Below are positions 1 through 25,779 of a stretch of DNA of 64,000 bases, piece by piece. Both the position numbers and the translations under genes were made by a program. This stretch comes from the human T2T-CHM13v2.0 reference genome, Homo sapiens. The first letter of the stretch is position 1. The number at the start of each line of letters is the position of its first letter. The DNA lies in NCBI RefSeq assembly GCF_009914755.1, contig NC_060943.1; one strand, written 5' to 3'. The notes below the pieces were generated by a model. The model saw only the letters and a program-made list of their open reading frames with translations, was not told the origin of the DNA and did no database searches.

Positions 1-137
1 GGCTGGGGGGAGTCTGGATTCCTGGGTCTGAGGGAGGAGGGGCTGGGGGGTCTAGATTCCTGGGTCTGAGGGAGGAGGGGCTGGGGGGTCTGGACTCCTG
101 GGTCTGAGGGAGGAGGGGCTGGGGGCCTGGACTCCTG
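1..137 (+). repeat. MSR1-type 36-38 bp minisatellite (runs off window start)
   Basis: Tandem ggactcctgggtctgagggaggaggggctggggg units. Confidence 0.85.
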
Positions 138-893
138 CGTTTTCTGTGTTAGCCTCCTATATGGGAGAATCAGAATTAGCGGCTGCAGAATTTCTGCAAT
201 ATGACAGGGCTGTGGTGCCTGGGTTAGGAGAGACTCAGAGGGAGATGAGATAAGGAGGGGAAGGATCTGGAGGATCTTGGTGGGGAGGGAATTCTGGGAG
301 AAAAACAGGAAGAACAGGTAGGAGGGCGTGTCCTGGGCTGGAGTGGCTCCTCGGTCAGCAGCGTCTGAGGTGTGACCACACAGAGGATCTTTGATGTTAG
401 ATGGCTGGGGCTGTGGCCAGGCTCTGAGTCACAGAGGACTCCTCCCTCATCCTACCCGCTTCCCGAGGTTCCTTTCCCTCCCTTCTTGGGGAGCAGGTGC
501 CACCATCTTCCTCCGGCACTGTTTGCTTACTTCTGGCAGACCCCTGTGGGACCCCTGTGTCCTGTCTACTGTCATCCCAATCCCTCTGAAAACCGCCAGC
601 CTCCCTCCTCACTTGTCACTCGTGAGATGCTCAGAAACACTTTCACACCCCTTCCCACGCTGATGAAGTTGGCCTGTTCTCTCCTCCCTCCTCCCTTCCT
701 TCTTCCTCTCTCCATCCTTTCCTCTCTCTCCCATTTTACAGACAGGAAAAACTGAGATCTGGGAAATGGAAATATGCCCTGGAACAGGGCCGGCAGGACC
801 AGGGCTCAAAACCAGGCACATATTTCTTTCTAGTCTCCCTTCCTGAAAGGTCACCTCTCTCCAATCTTAGATCTTCAGACTTTTTTCCCCACC

Positions 894-899
894 TTTATT
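894..899 (-). terminator. Distal polyadenylation signal AATAAA of KLK7
   Basis: TTTATT on plus, ~1 kb past the stop and beyond a 3'UTR Alu. Confidence 0.65.
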
Positions 900-1136
900 T
901 TTCATGTTATAAAAGTGCACATTCAAGGAAAAGTACACAGAAGGAAGGAGACACCTCATGACGACCCCAGTATGCAGTCTGGGACATGTGTTTTCAGATC
1001 TGATTCTGTGAATATTTCATTTTTTATGGGTAGGGTCACATACATATATATTTTTGTCCTTCCTTTTGTCATTTAACATCCTATAGCCTAAATGTTCTTG
1101 AATAATACTGACAATTCTGTCTAAGTATCATTTTTA

Positions 1137-1478
<342 letters not shown>

Positions 1479-1756
1479 TTAAGCCATCTGGTACTTTTGG
1501 AACATGTTTGATGGTTTCACTTCATTTCTGTGATAAATAATATCATGGTAAATTCAAGTCTTGTTCTACATTTTGGATTTTTTTTGTTTCAGTAGGTTCT
1601 TCCTAAGATTAGAGTTACTGGGTCAAAGGTGGTGAATAAGGGTCTCGGTGTACGTTGACCAAGTGTCTTCCGTAAAGACTGTACGAACGTCCAGTTCCAG
1701 TGTTTGAGAGTGCTGGTCTCACTGACTCTTCTCCAGCACTGAGGGTTTTGTGTTTC

Positions 1757-1762
1757 TTTATT
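1757..1762 (-). terminator. Proximal polyadenylation signal AATAAA of KLK7
   Basis: TTTATT on plus, ~170 nt past the stop. Confidence 0.75.
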
Positions 1763-1930
1763 TGTTTTGGTTTTAGGTCTTTACCAATTTGATTGGTTTA
1801 TCAACAGGGCATGAGGTTTAAATATATCTTTGAGGAAAGGTAAAGTCAAATTTGACTTCATAGGTCATCGGCGTCCTCACTCCTGTGCATTTTCTGTTGG
1901 AAGCACACAGTTAATTAACTCAGTGTGGCG

Positions 1931-6796
<4,866 letters not shown>

Positions 6797-6876
6797 GGTG
6801 CCCTGCTGAGCCGCTCAGGGGCTGCCAGGCGAGGAAGGGCCTCTCCTGCTGGAGCTGAGAAGGAGAAAGCATTCAG

Positions 6877-8070
6877 GCCCAGCCCCTCCCCACTCAGACC
6901 CAGGGGTCCAGGCCCCAGCCCCTCCCCCCACAGACCCAGGAGTCCAGGCCCCAGCCCCTCCTCCCTCAGACCCAGGGGTCCAGGCCCCAGCCCCTCCTCC
7001 CTCAGACCTAGGGGTCCAGAACCCCAGCCCCTCCTCCCTCAGACCCAGAAATTCCTTTCTCTGGCCTCTCCTTCCTTACACTCAGAAGTCCAGACCCCTA
7101 ACCTCCTCCTCCCTCATACCCAAGAGTCCAGACCCTAGCACCTTCCTCCCTCAGACCCAGGAGTCCAGGCCCCCAGCCCCTCCTCCCTCAGACCTAGGAG
7201 TCCGGGCCCCCAGCTCCTCCTCCCTCAGACCTAGGAGTCCAGGTCCAAGTCCCTCCTCCCTCAGGCTCAGGAGTCCAGGCCCCAACCCCTCCTCCCTCAG
7301 ACCCAGGAGTCCAGGCCCCCAGCCCCGCCTCCCTCAGACCTAGGAGTCCAGGCCCCCAGCTCCTCCTCCCTCAGACCTAGGAGTCCAGGTCCAAGTCCCT
7401 CCTCCCTCAGGCTCAGGAGTCCAGGCCCCAACCCCTCCTCCCTCAGACCCAGGAGTCCAGGCCCCAACCCCTCCTCCCTCAGACCCAGGAGTCCAGGCCC
7501 CCAGCCCCGCCTCCCTCAGACCCAGGAGTCCAGGCCCCAGCCCCTCCTCCCTCAGACCCAGGAGTCCAGGCCCCCAGCTCCTCCTCCCTCAGACCCAGGA
7601 GTCCAGGTCCCAGTCCCTCCTCCCTCAGACCTAGGAGTCCAGGTCTCAGTCCCTCCTCCCTCAGGCCCAGGAGTCCAGGCCCCAGCCCCTCCTCCCTCAG
7701 ACCCAGGAGTCCAGGCCCCAGCCCCTCCTCCCTCAGACCCAGGAGTCCAGGCCCCAGCCCCTCCTCCCTCAGACCCAGGAGTCCAGGCCCCAGCCCCTCC
7801 TCCCTCAGACCCAGGAGTCCAGGCCCCAGCCCCTCCTCCCTCAGACCCAGGAGTCCAGGCCCCAGCTCCTCCTCCCTCAGACCTAGGAGTCCAGGTCCCA
7901 GCCCCTCCTCCCTCAGACCCAGGAGTCCAGGCCCCCAGCCCCTCCTCCCTCAGACCCAGGAGTCGAGACCCCCAGCCCCTCCTCCCTCAGACCCAGGAGT
8001 CCAGGCCCCCAGGCCCTCCTCCCTCAGACCCAGGAGTCCAGAACCCCAGCCCCTCCTCCCTCAGACCCAA
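6877..8070 (-). repeat. Large MSR1 minisatellite array, ~32 units, in the KLK7 5'UTR intron
   Basis: cccagcccctcctccctcagacccaggagtccaggc repeated over ~1.2 kb. Confidence 0.92.
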
Positions 8071-8241
8071 AATTCCTGTTCTTCAGATCCCTAGAGACCC
8101 AGGAATCTAGGCTCCGATCTTGCCCTTCCCTGTGGAACCCAAACTTCTGACTCTGTAGTTCGTTTTTCCCTAAAAGGCCCCAAATTGCAGACTTCCAGGC
8201 CCTCACTGCTCAGGACCGGGAGTCTAGGCTGCAGCCCCTAC

Positions 8242-8415
8242 CTCTCGAGAGCAGAGTCAGGCTTGGAGCCAGCATCACCCTCTCCCCTACAGGTGCACCC
8301 TTGATGAAGCCTCTTCTCACCTCGAGAGGATCTGATGTGATCCAAGTTCCGACTTGGGCTGGCACACAGCTGGGCTCCAAAATCTTCAGCCCTCTGCTGG
8401 GCCGTCCTCTTATAT
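8242..8415 (-). promoter_or_regulatory. KLK7: KLK7 non-coding first exon region and TATA box
   Basis: GATATAAG on minus at ~8409-8416 next to GC boxes (8419-8440). GT donors at 8241 and 8320. Confidence 0.6.
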
Positions 8416-8666
8416 CACCCCCCGCCCCATGCCCGGCCCCAGCGCCCTGGGGTGCAGGCGGAGCCGACTCTGGGACACCCCCGCCTGCATTTGCGGTTCT
8501 GGTTATCTGGAACCCTGACGCAGCGAGAGCAATTGGCACCACTGCACTCTCTCTCCACCCTCCCTCCGAAGGACGGGCGGTGCCCAGCTCCTGCGCCCCC
8601 GCACATTCTGGTCCCACAGTCCCTCCTGGCTGCTCTCGGGGGAGGGACCCGGTGCGCTGGGTCTGA

Positions 8667-9066
<400 letters not shown>

Positions 9067-9419
9067 TTCTGGGGCCATTTTCTTGCCCTCACCCCCTCTC
9101 AGGGGTGGCCTAGACCCTACATCCTAATTCTGGCCCGCCTGGGGGAACTTGTCCAAGCTGATCCCAGTCGTGCCTGTAATTACGCCTGAACCCATTCCCA
9201 ACTCTAACAGAGAGGTGTAAGTTAAAAACAACGCTTTCCCTAACCCCACCCCACTAATATTTGCCATGTTTAGGATCTATGTTCTTATGGTCATTTTAAT
9301 CATGTTATACATAGATTTCTTTGTATATTATGTATTTATAACAAAAATGTCTGTACTTAACATTATCTAATAGAACATTTTTGAGGGCTTCATTTATTAA
9401 TTTATAAGCAAATATTTAT

Positions 9420-9934
9420 TTTTCTTTTTTTAACTTTTCAGTTCGGGGGTACATGTGCAGGATGTGCAGGTTTGTTGCGTAGGTGAACGTGCGCCATGGG
9501 GGTTTGTTATACAGATTATTTAATCACCCAGGTATTAAGCCTAGTACCCATTAGTTATTTTTTTCTGATCCTCTCCTTCCTCCCACTCTCCACCCTCTCA
9601 TAAGCCCCAGTGTGTGTACCCAAAGGAATATAAATCATTCTGTTTAAAGACACATGGACACGTACGTTCATTGTAGAACTATTGACAACAGCAAACACAG
9701 GGAATCAACCTAAATGTCCATCAGTGATAGACTGGATTAAGAAAATGTGGTACGTATACACAATTGAATACTACGTAGCCATAAAAAAGAACACGATCAT
9801 GTCCTTTGTAGGGACGTGAATGGAGCTGGAGGCCATTACCCTTACAAACTAAAGCAGGAACAGAAAACCAGATATGGCATGTTCCTACTTACAAGTGGTA
9901 GCTAAATGATGAGACTGCATGGACACATAGAGGA
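9420..9934 (-). mobile_element. Truncated primate L1 (L1PA) with inverted 5' segment
   Basis: Antisense L1 3' end 9420-9616 joined to sense ORF2-end/3'UTR 9617-9934. Confidence 0.8.
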
Positions 9935-9950
9935 GAGAAGAATCTTTCTT

Positions 9951-10246
9951 ATTTTTTTTTTTTTTTGATGGACTCTGGCTCTGTCACCCAGGCTGGAGTG
10001 CAATGGCACGATCTCGGCTCACTGCAACCTCCACTCCCCCGTGTTCAAGTGATTCTCCTGCCTCAGAGTCCTGAGTAGCTGGATTACAGGCGTGCACCAC
10101 CATGCCCAACTAATTTTTGTATTTTTAGTAGAGATGGGGTTTCACCATGTTGGTCAGGCTGCTCTCCAACTCCTGACCTCAGGTGATCCACCGGCCTCGG
10201 CCTCCCAAAGTACTGCGATTATAGGCCTGAGCCACCGCGCCCAGCC
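9951..10246 (-). mobile_element. Alu
   Basis: Antisense Alu dimer. Confidence 0.95.
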
Positions 10247-10249
10247 AAG

Positions 10250-10430
10250 GATTTTTGCTAAATGAGTAGATTATAGCTGCTCTTGCCACAGGGGAGGAAA
10301 ATGGGTAACTATGTGAGATGATGGACATGTTCATTTGTTCAGCTATAGTAATCATTGTCCTATGTATATACATCGCATATGATCATATTGTACACTTTAA
10401 ATATACACAATAACATTTATTTTTTAAAAA
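10250..10430 (+). mobile_element. L1M 3' end fragment
   Basis: aatgggtaactatgtgagatgatgga...tgtacactttaaatatacacaat. Confidence 0.65.
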
Positions 10431-10619
10431 GAGGAAAACTTTTCCCTCTTTGTACATTTAGATTACTTTTCCTTCCTTTATAATGGTTGTGTAATATTCC
10501 ATACTATACTTGTATCATGATGCATGTCATCTGCCTCAAATTGAAATACACTTGGATAGTTTTAATTATAATAATGCTGAGATGAACTTCTTTGTACATT
10601 CATCTTTGTTCATTGTAGT

Positions 10620-11185
10620 CATTCAAACAGCATCCATTGAGCATCTACTCTGTGCCAGAAACTATTCAGGCTCTTGGAGACACAGCAGTGATAAAACAGA
10701 GAAAAATTTCTGTCTTCATAGAGGTTTTTGTTTTGTACTGTCAGGTCAGCACAAAAATAAGCAAATAAAATGTAGAGTTTGTTAGGTGGTTGTAAGCGCT
10801 ATAAGGGAAAATCCAAGCAAGGAAGAGGGTTGGGGAGTTACTGATTCCCTCTACCCTCGAGGATCCCTGAGGTTATAATATCAGGAAGGTTGGCTGCAAA
10901 GACCCCACGTGAAGGTGATATTTGAGCAAAGTCTTGAAGGAGATGGTGGAGGGATCCAGGTGGCTGCTTGAAGGTAGTGAGTTCCAGGCAAAGCGAGCAG
11001 GCAGGTGTGTTAGCCAAGGAGCATATCTGAAGTGCCTCAGCAGACAAATCACTGCGACCAATACAGAGTGACCAAAGGAGATGAGGGCAGGTGATGAGGC
11101 CAGAAATATAACAGGACTCTGATGACATGCGGTCTGAAAGGTCTTTGGCTTTTATTTTGAGTAAGACAGGAACCATTGTTGGACA
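10620..11185 (-). mobile_element. L2 fragment
   Basis: cattgagcatctactctgtgccag...gacacagcagtga, typical antisense L2 3' end. Confidence 0.65.
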
Positions 11186-11295
11186 CACTTCTAAAGTTGG
11201 AATTGACCTCAACCTCTAAATTATATCCCCAAAATGGGATTTATTTCTCCACCCTGGACCTAAAACTTATCTCAATCCTGACCCCAACTCAATTC

Positions 11296-11619
<324 letters not shown>

Positions 11620-11649
11620 ACCCCAACTCGATTCTACATTTGACCCATA

Positions 11650-12175
11650 ATAGTAGACATTATTGTTGTGTCCCCAGGCATTCACTCCTTCTGCCTTTCT
11701 ATCAGAGGCTCCATTTTGTTTGGATAATACTTTATCCTCATCAGGACTATAAGCCTCAATGAACCAAGCATTGAAGCCATATTTCGTTTGCTTAATTAGT
11801 TGGAAAATGGACATGTGCTGTTCTTCTGGCCAATGAGGAGGAGGGGAAGACCACTGAGGCACTTCTAGGAAAGACTTTCTCATTTTCAAAAAGAGGCACT
11901 GAAAGGGGACTTTTTTCTTCTGCTAGATGGTGTCTTTTCTGGATGCAAATTCTGGAACTGTGGCAGCACCCCAGGGACCACAGAGGGAAGTGACCAGAGG
12001 ACTAAGTCAAAACACTGCAGGTAGCCCACCAGAGAGGTGAGGATCAGCTGGGTCTTTGATGAAGTCACTGAGCTGGTGAATTAACCAACGATGGAGCCTC
12101 TTCATGTCATGATTTTTCAGATTCCCCTTCTGGGTTAGAGTTGCTTGGTCCTTGTAGCCAAAATCATCTTTATAA
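11650..12175 (+). mobile_element. Old ERVL LTR fragment (LTR16-like)
   Basis: ttctggccaatgag, cttctaggaaag, ctgggtctttgatga, ttgtagccaaaa resemble the LTR16 consensus as I recall it. Confidence 0.45.
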
Positions 12176-12589
12176 GACCTCAATGTTCAATCAGAATATT
12201 GACTCAGATCCCAAATCTGATCCCAAGCCACAAATCCAAATCCGATTCTAACTTGATTCCATATCTTGAAGCCACATAAATCAACAAACTCAACCATGCC
12301 TCCAGTCTTAGCTCTCTTCCCAACCCTCATCCCCATATCCCATTTCAGCCCATATCCCATTTTGGCCATTGTTAATGTGAAGATGACCAATTTAATTTTT
12401 AGAATAGTCTTTTTTAAAAAAACAAATTAGTAATTTGGATCCTATAGCTGACTACCTCTCATCTAAATTTAATTTTTTCTTAGTTTTTCTTCTATACAGT
12501 GGATTTCTTATTTTTTAGGGAAAAGTTGTTGATTGTTTATGCAATAGTTTAACACCAATCCTTTATATATTTAACAAATATGGATTGGG

Positions 12590-13450
12590 TGGTAGCTATC
12601 TACCAATGAGGATACAATGGTGTGCAAACCTAGATAGTGTCTCTTCCCTCAAGGAGCTGATAGTGTCATGTAAAAGAAATACAGTCAATTCATAAACAAG
12701 TGTAAAATTACAACTACAAGGCATGCTCTGAAAGACAGGTGCAGGGTATTATGAAGGCACTTCCAGAGGGGTTAGACCCAGGAATTGACTATGAGCTGAG
12801 ATTTGAAAGAATATTAAACTAGAAGAAATCTTCTAGGAACTAGAAGTAGACTAGAAGAAATCTTCTAGTAACTAGAAATAGTAAACTAGAAGAAAATTTC
12901 TTCTGGTAACTAGAAGAAAATTTCTTCTGGTAACTAGAAGAAAATGGGAGGAGAATGGGGAGTGTGTTGTGTAGAGAAAAGAGCATGTGCAAAGGCCCAA
13001 GGCATTATTGCTGGAGCTCGGAGGCCAGAGGTTAACTGGGACCAGATAATGACGAGCTCTGTATGTCATTGTGAGTCTTGCTTTATCCTGTGGATAATGA
13101 AGAACTATTTGAACCTTAGTCAGAGAAATAACATAACAAGATTTGTATTTTCAAAACATCAACCTAGCTACTGTATGAAGGCTGGATTTGGGTGGGATGT
13201 GAAGATACTGGGCAACCATGGGGGAAGTCATTGTTGTTGTCTAGATGAGGGAAGATGGTGACTTGGATACAGGTGGTTGAAAGGTGGAGACGATGTTAAG
13301 TACATGGGTTCAAAATGCACTTAGGAGAGAGAATCAACAAGCCTTGGTGATGGATTGAATGAAGGTTGTGTTGAGGTAGTGGAAGATGTTAAGATTTCAA
13401 AGTCTGTTGCTCGATGGACAGTGATGCCATTCATTGAGAAGACATGGTAG
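12590..13450 (-). mobile_element. L2 fragment
   Basis: gagcatgtgcaaaggccc, ggtgatggattgaatg L2-like words. Confidence 0.55.
12817..12945. repeat. Short tandem repeat of self-complementary units (24-32 bp)
   Basis: ctagaagaaatcttctag twice; aactagaagaaaatttcttctggt ~2.5 times. Confidence 0.8.
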
Positions 13451-13573
13451 ATGTGGTCAAATGGTTCTGATATGACAAGAAAAGACCTCAGACCCTGACT
13501 TCAAGCAGAACCCTAAATCCAACCTTTACTTTGACACAACTCCCAACACGTATTTTGACATAAGCCCCAGCCT

Positions 13574-14244
13574 TTTTGTTTGTTTCAATAGCTTTCGGGG
13601 TACAAGTGGCTTTTGGTTACATGGATGTATCGTATAGCAGTGAAGTCTGAGATTTTAGTGCACCCATCACCCAAGTAGTGTATATTGTACCCAATATTTA
13701 TAGTGTTTTATCCCTTATCCTCTTCATACCCTCCCCCTTCTGAGTCTCCAGTGTCCATTATACCACTTGGTACCCACTGCTTAGCTCCCACTTACACATG
13801 AGAACGTAAGGCATTTGGTTTTCCATTCCTGAGTTACTTCACTTAGAATAATGGCTTCCAACTCCATCCAAGTTGCTTCAAAAGACATTATTTGATTCTT
13901 TCTATGGTTGAGTAGTATTCCGTGGTGCATACACATCACATTTTCTTTATCCACTCATCAGTTGATGGGCACTTACTTTGGTTCCATATCTTTGCAATTG
14001 TGAATTGTACTGCGATAAACATACGTGTGTATGTGTCTTTTTGATATAGTGACTTCTTTTCCTTTGGGTAGATACCCAGTAGTGGGATTGCTGGATTGAA
14101 TTGTAGATCTACTTTTAGTTCTTTGAGAAATCACCATACTGTTTTCCACAGAGGTTGTACTACTTTACATTCCCACCAGCAGTGTATAAGTGTTCCCTTT
14201 TCATCACATCCATGCCAACATCTATTGTTTTTTTGACTCTTTAG
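13574..14244 (-). mobile_element. L1 (L1PB-like) 3' fragment
   Basis: Antisense L1 3'UTR/ORF2 end, TSD taagccccag at 13561 and 14245. Confidence 0.8.
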
Positions 14245-15906
14245 TAAGCCCCAGTCTTAACCCCAAACCTTAATCTGTACCCAATCCTGAACCTCAAATT
14301 CTGCTTTATCCTTGATGAACCCCAATTTGTATCTCAACCAATAACCTAAATCTTGACTGAGTTCTTGACTCCAAATATCAACTCAGGCTAGGATCCAGAC
14401 CTCAATCAACCTTAACCCTCCTGACCCTTGACCTTAACCCTGAACCATTAGCCATAAGCCAAACTCAACCTTGACCTGAGCAGTGAATGTCACCATAGCC
14501 TGAGTATCAAGCCTGCCACGGGATAATTCAGACATTAGTCTCCATTTCCATCATATTCTAGGAAGCCCACATTCATATCCTCCCCCATGAACCCATTCCC
14601 TCACATCCAACACCAATTCTAACACTCTCACCCCATCCCACCCCTATTCTCATCCTCAACCCAATTGCTACCTAAAATCCCATTCTCATTTCCATCCCCA
14701 ATTCTTTTCCCAGTTCCATTTTTATTTCTCCAGCTCACCACACAACTTTGACTCTTCATTTTACAAAAACTCTAAAATAAAGTCTGCCAACGAATATCTT
14801 GCTAACATTGATGCTATACTAACTCAACTCAAGCCGAGTCCCAAAATCTTCTGAGACATTTACTGTCATCGAATCCAAAATCAGATCCCCGAACTTGGAC
14901 ATCTAGCCCTGCCCATTCCACAGCAGCAATCTGGTCGTGAAGGGTGTCAACATTCCTGACCTGGGCTCCCAAATCAAGGAGAAGCAGACTCCAGCCCAGT
15001 TGACCTCACAGCTCCATGATTCAGCAATCTGTATCTTTCCTTCCTGGCTTCTCAAAGACAGAAATGGTAGCAAGACTTCCAGTGTATTATCTACTCCCTG
15101 CATCTTCATCCTTAGATTCTCTCCTCCCTCAGTCCTCTGCCTCCTTAGTATCTGTTAGAAAGAGGAAGGAGCCAGGCTACTCTAGAGCCCTGTTATTCAC
15201 TCCTAAGTCACCAAAACGTCTATCCTCTGCTTTTCATCATCTATCATTCTGTAAATTATATTCCTAATTATTTAACCTGATTTTGTTGCCAAACACTGGT
15301 CATCACAAGCAGAGGAAATGTGTGTGGGGTTCTTTTTTTTTTTCCAGCACCCCGCCCAGACCGGAGAACACAGGAGGTACTTAAATAAATACTAGTCTGC
15401 AAACTTCTGGCATCCACAGGTCCACAGGCCTTAGATTCAGTCCTGCCTTGATCCCTGAGCTGTTCCACCATGCAGTGTGACAGAAAGAACTAGAAAGAAC
15501 TTGGACTTTCAACCCAGCTTTGAATCCTGGTTGCCCACCCTGTGACTTCGGGTAAGTGACTTCATTTTTCTGAGTCAGACTTTGCCCCTCCCCAAAGTGG
15601 AGGAGAGCAAAACCTATTTACCGAGGCAAATGAGAGGATTAAATAAAATTATGAATGGAAAATTGATGGGCACATAACAGCCAGTGAATTAACATGAGTT
15701 CCCTCAGCCCATCACCCACGGAATGAAGAAGCAGCTCCCATTTTCCCCCCTACATTTAGTGTGGTGTGTCTGTATTCCTCACATTGGTCCAGGTGAGGAT
15801 TGTCATCCCCATTTTACCTTTATTTTTTGCCGCCTGCCCCATCATCCCCATTTTATAGATGAGAAAATGGAGGTTTAAAAAAGGCTAGATCACTTGAGCA
15901 AAGTCA

Positions 15907-16238
<332 letters not shown>

Positions 16239-16708
16239 AAGCCAGAATTTGAACATTGGGATTCAAAGGCCTATGGTATCACTACTGCACAAATCCATAC
16301 TCTGAGAAGGAAATTTCCTTGTTACATCCACATGTACCCTCTGAGTCTCATTTGGTTCAAAACAGACTTGGATCGCCCTCAGCCTATTAATGATGCATAC
16401 CCCCATGTCAGAGAGAGGCCCATATCCAGGCCCCCTGTGCCCTTTGCATTTAGTCCTGGCACCTGTTGCTAAGTGTCATCCAGACACCCAGCCCCATACC
16501 TCCATCGTCCTCAGACCTATGCCCTGAACCTTTGTTAAATGACTCATCTTCCACCTTATGATCACACCTGAGAACTGGCATCTGATAATCTTGCCAGCTA
16601 TGCCTTTCCCTGAGGGATTCTGAACACTGTGACCCTCGTACCTCCTGACTCAGCCCATGGGTTCTGATGGCCCATTGTTTCATACTTCCTGGATTCTCTT
16701 CCTCCTTA

Positions 16709-18577
<1,869 letters not shown>

Positions 18578-18938
18578 TGAGTTGAGATGTCCCCCCCAGA
18601 AATGCATCCCTGGCATCAGAAGTTTAATGCTATGCTTGAAAGACTTCCTCAGGATTTCTGGTATGGGGGAACTGTCATAAAGCATCAGGGAGATTGATGA
18701 ATGCAAGGTATCTCACACACCCACGCCCCTTGTGGAGAATTGCCTTCCCATAGCACTAAGTGGCCATGTTTCATATCACATGACTCCAAGTAGCCACTGA
18801 TTGGCTAAGATTTGGTCACCTGACTGGGATGCCATCAAATGATTGGCCATTCAGTGACCAATGATGTGGCTGAAGAAGAAAAGGTGAGCTAGATGAATCA
18901 GATTCTCTTTCATGAGACTATTTTCTAAGAGATCCTAG

Positions 18939-19357
18939 TGAAGGAGGAGGCGGGGTTTAACTCTGGACTAGATTGAAGACAGCTGGAACAGGGAAAAGGC
19001 ACCAAAAGCACATCTCCATAAGATGTGCACACCAGCACCATGACAGTTTGCCACTGCCATGACAACACCCAAAATTTATCAGCCCTTTTCTAGAAATTTC
19101 TGAATAACCCACCCCTTAATTTGCATGTAATTGAAAATGGGACTAAATATGACTACAGAACTGGCCCTGAGCTGCTACTTTGTGCTCAATGCCTATGGGG
19201 TAGCCCTGCTCTGCAAAGAGCAGTACCTCTGCTACTGTGCAGTACTGTTTCAAGAAAAGTCACTAACACCACTGGGTTGCCCTTGAATTATTTCCTGGAC
19301 AAAGCCAGGAACCCTCCCTGGCTAAGCTCCAGTTTTGGGCCTACCTGGCCTGCACCA
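18939..19357 (+). mobile_element. Solo ERV1 LTR, MER41-like
   Basis: TG...CA ends with 4-bp TSD ctag (18935-18938, 19358-19361). MER41-like words ccatgacagttt, cccttaatttgcat, gcctatggggtagcc. Confidence 0.75.
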
Positions 19358-19682
19358 CTAGAAGAGTGACTATATCCTTGTAATAACTACCCCCTCCACA
19401 CTCATCTTTCCCTAAAACAAGTTATGTTAAGCCTTTGCTTTAATGAAAACTTTCCCAAATGCCCTTTGCGTCACACTTCAATTTGGACACACCACTCATT
19501 TCCTTCTACCACAGCAGACACCACCAGATGGCTCTAGGCTGTGAGAAAGAGTTCTATCTGGATTTTTGGGAGCTCTCAAGATTTTTGACCCGAGTGGTGG
19601 TTTCATGGTTGTTCATTTGTGAATATTTAAGCTGTTCATATATTTTCTGCACTCTTTTCTATGCATATCTCCCAATGTTTTC

Positions 19683-20156
<474 letters not shown>

Positions 20157-20494
20157 AATTATTTTTTAAAGGGGGAAAATTTTATCTCCAAAGCTTGTAA
20201 ACGCTTTGCTCAGGAAAACTAAACACAAACTCTTTCAAAACTGTCTTTCACATACCAGCCCACTGAATGTTTGAAGACCTTTGTATGTATTTTCTCCCCT
20301 GAAATAAAGCTCTTACCCAAGTTCTTCCGGAAAACGAGGGATCACTTTAGGCAGTGGTGATGGCCAAAGTGACCATGAGAACTTGGTTTCTGCACATCCC
20401 CACCTAGCCTGCCAGCAGGAACAATCCCGGATCCCCATCCAGCCCTCCCCACAGGGCCAAAACAGAGACAGGCAAGGAACCAGAGAGTTGTGAG

Positions 20495-20500
20495 TTTATT
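20495..20500 (-). terminator. Polyadenylation signal AATAAA of KLK8
   Basis: TTTATT on plus, 28 nt past the stop. Confidence 0.8.
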
Positions 20501-20527
20501 AAGGGAGATCTAGTGCTTATCCTAGAA

Positions 20528-25640
<5,113 letters not shown>

Positions 25641-25779
25641 GGTGAGGTCTGGGAAATGGAGAGGGCGGGGCCGGTAAACAGGAAGGAGGAGCCTGAGCTC
25701 CCAGTTCTGGATTTGGGCACTGGGGAGGCAGCCGAGAGTATCTGGGGCTGTTCTGGGCTTCTCTGGAGGAAGGAGGAGG

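Noticed and set aside
6877-8070. 36-37 bp repeats resembling a CRISPR array
   Set aside because: Head-to-tail with no unique spacers, in eukaryotic DNA; it is MSR1.
14880-15270. Unique intergenic stretch checked for a decayed KLK exon
   Set aside because: No triad, cysteine pattern or exon-length match found.
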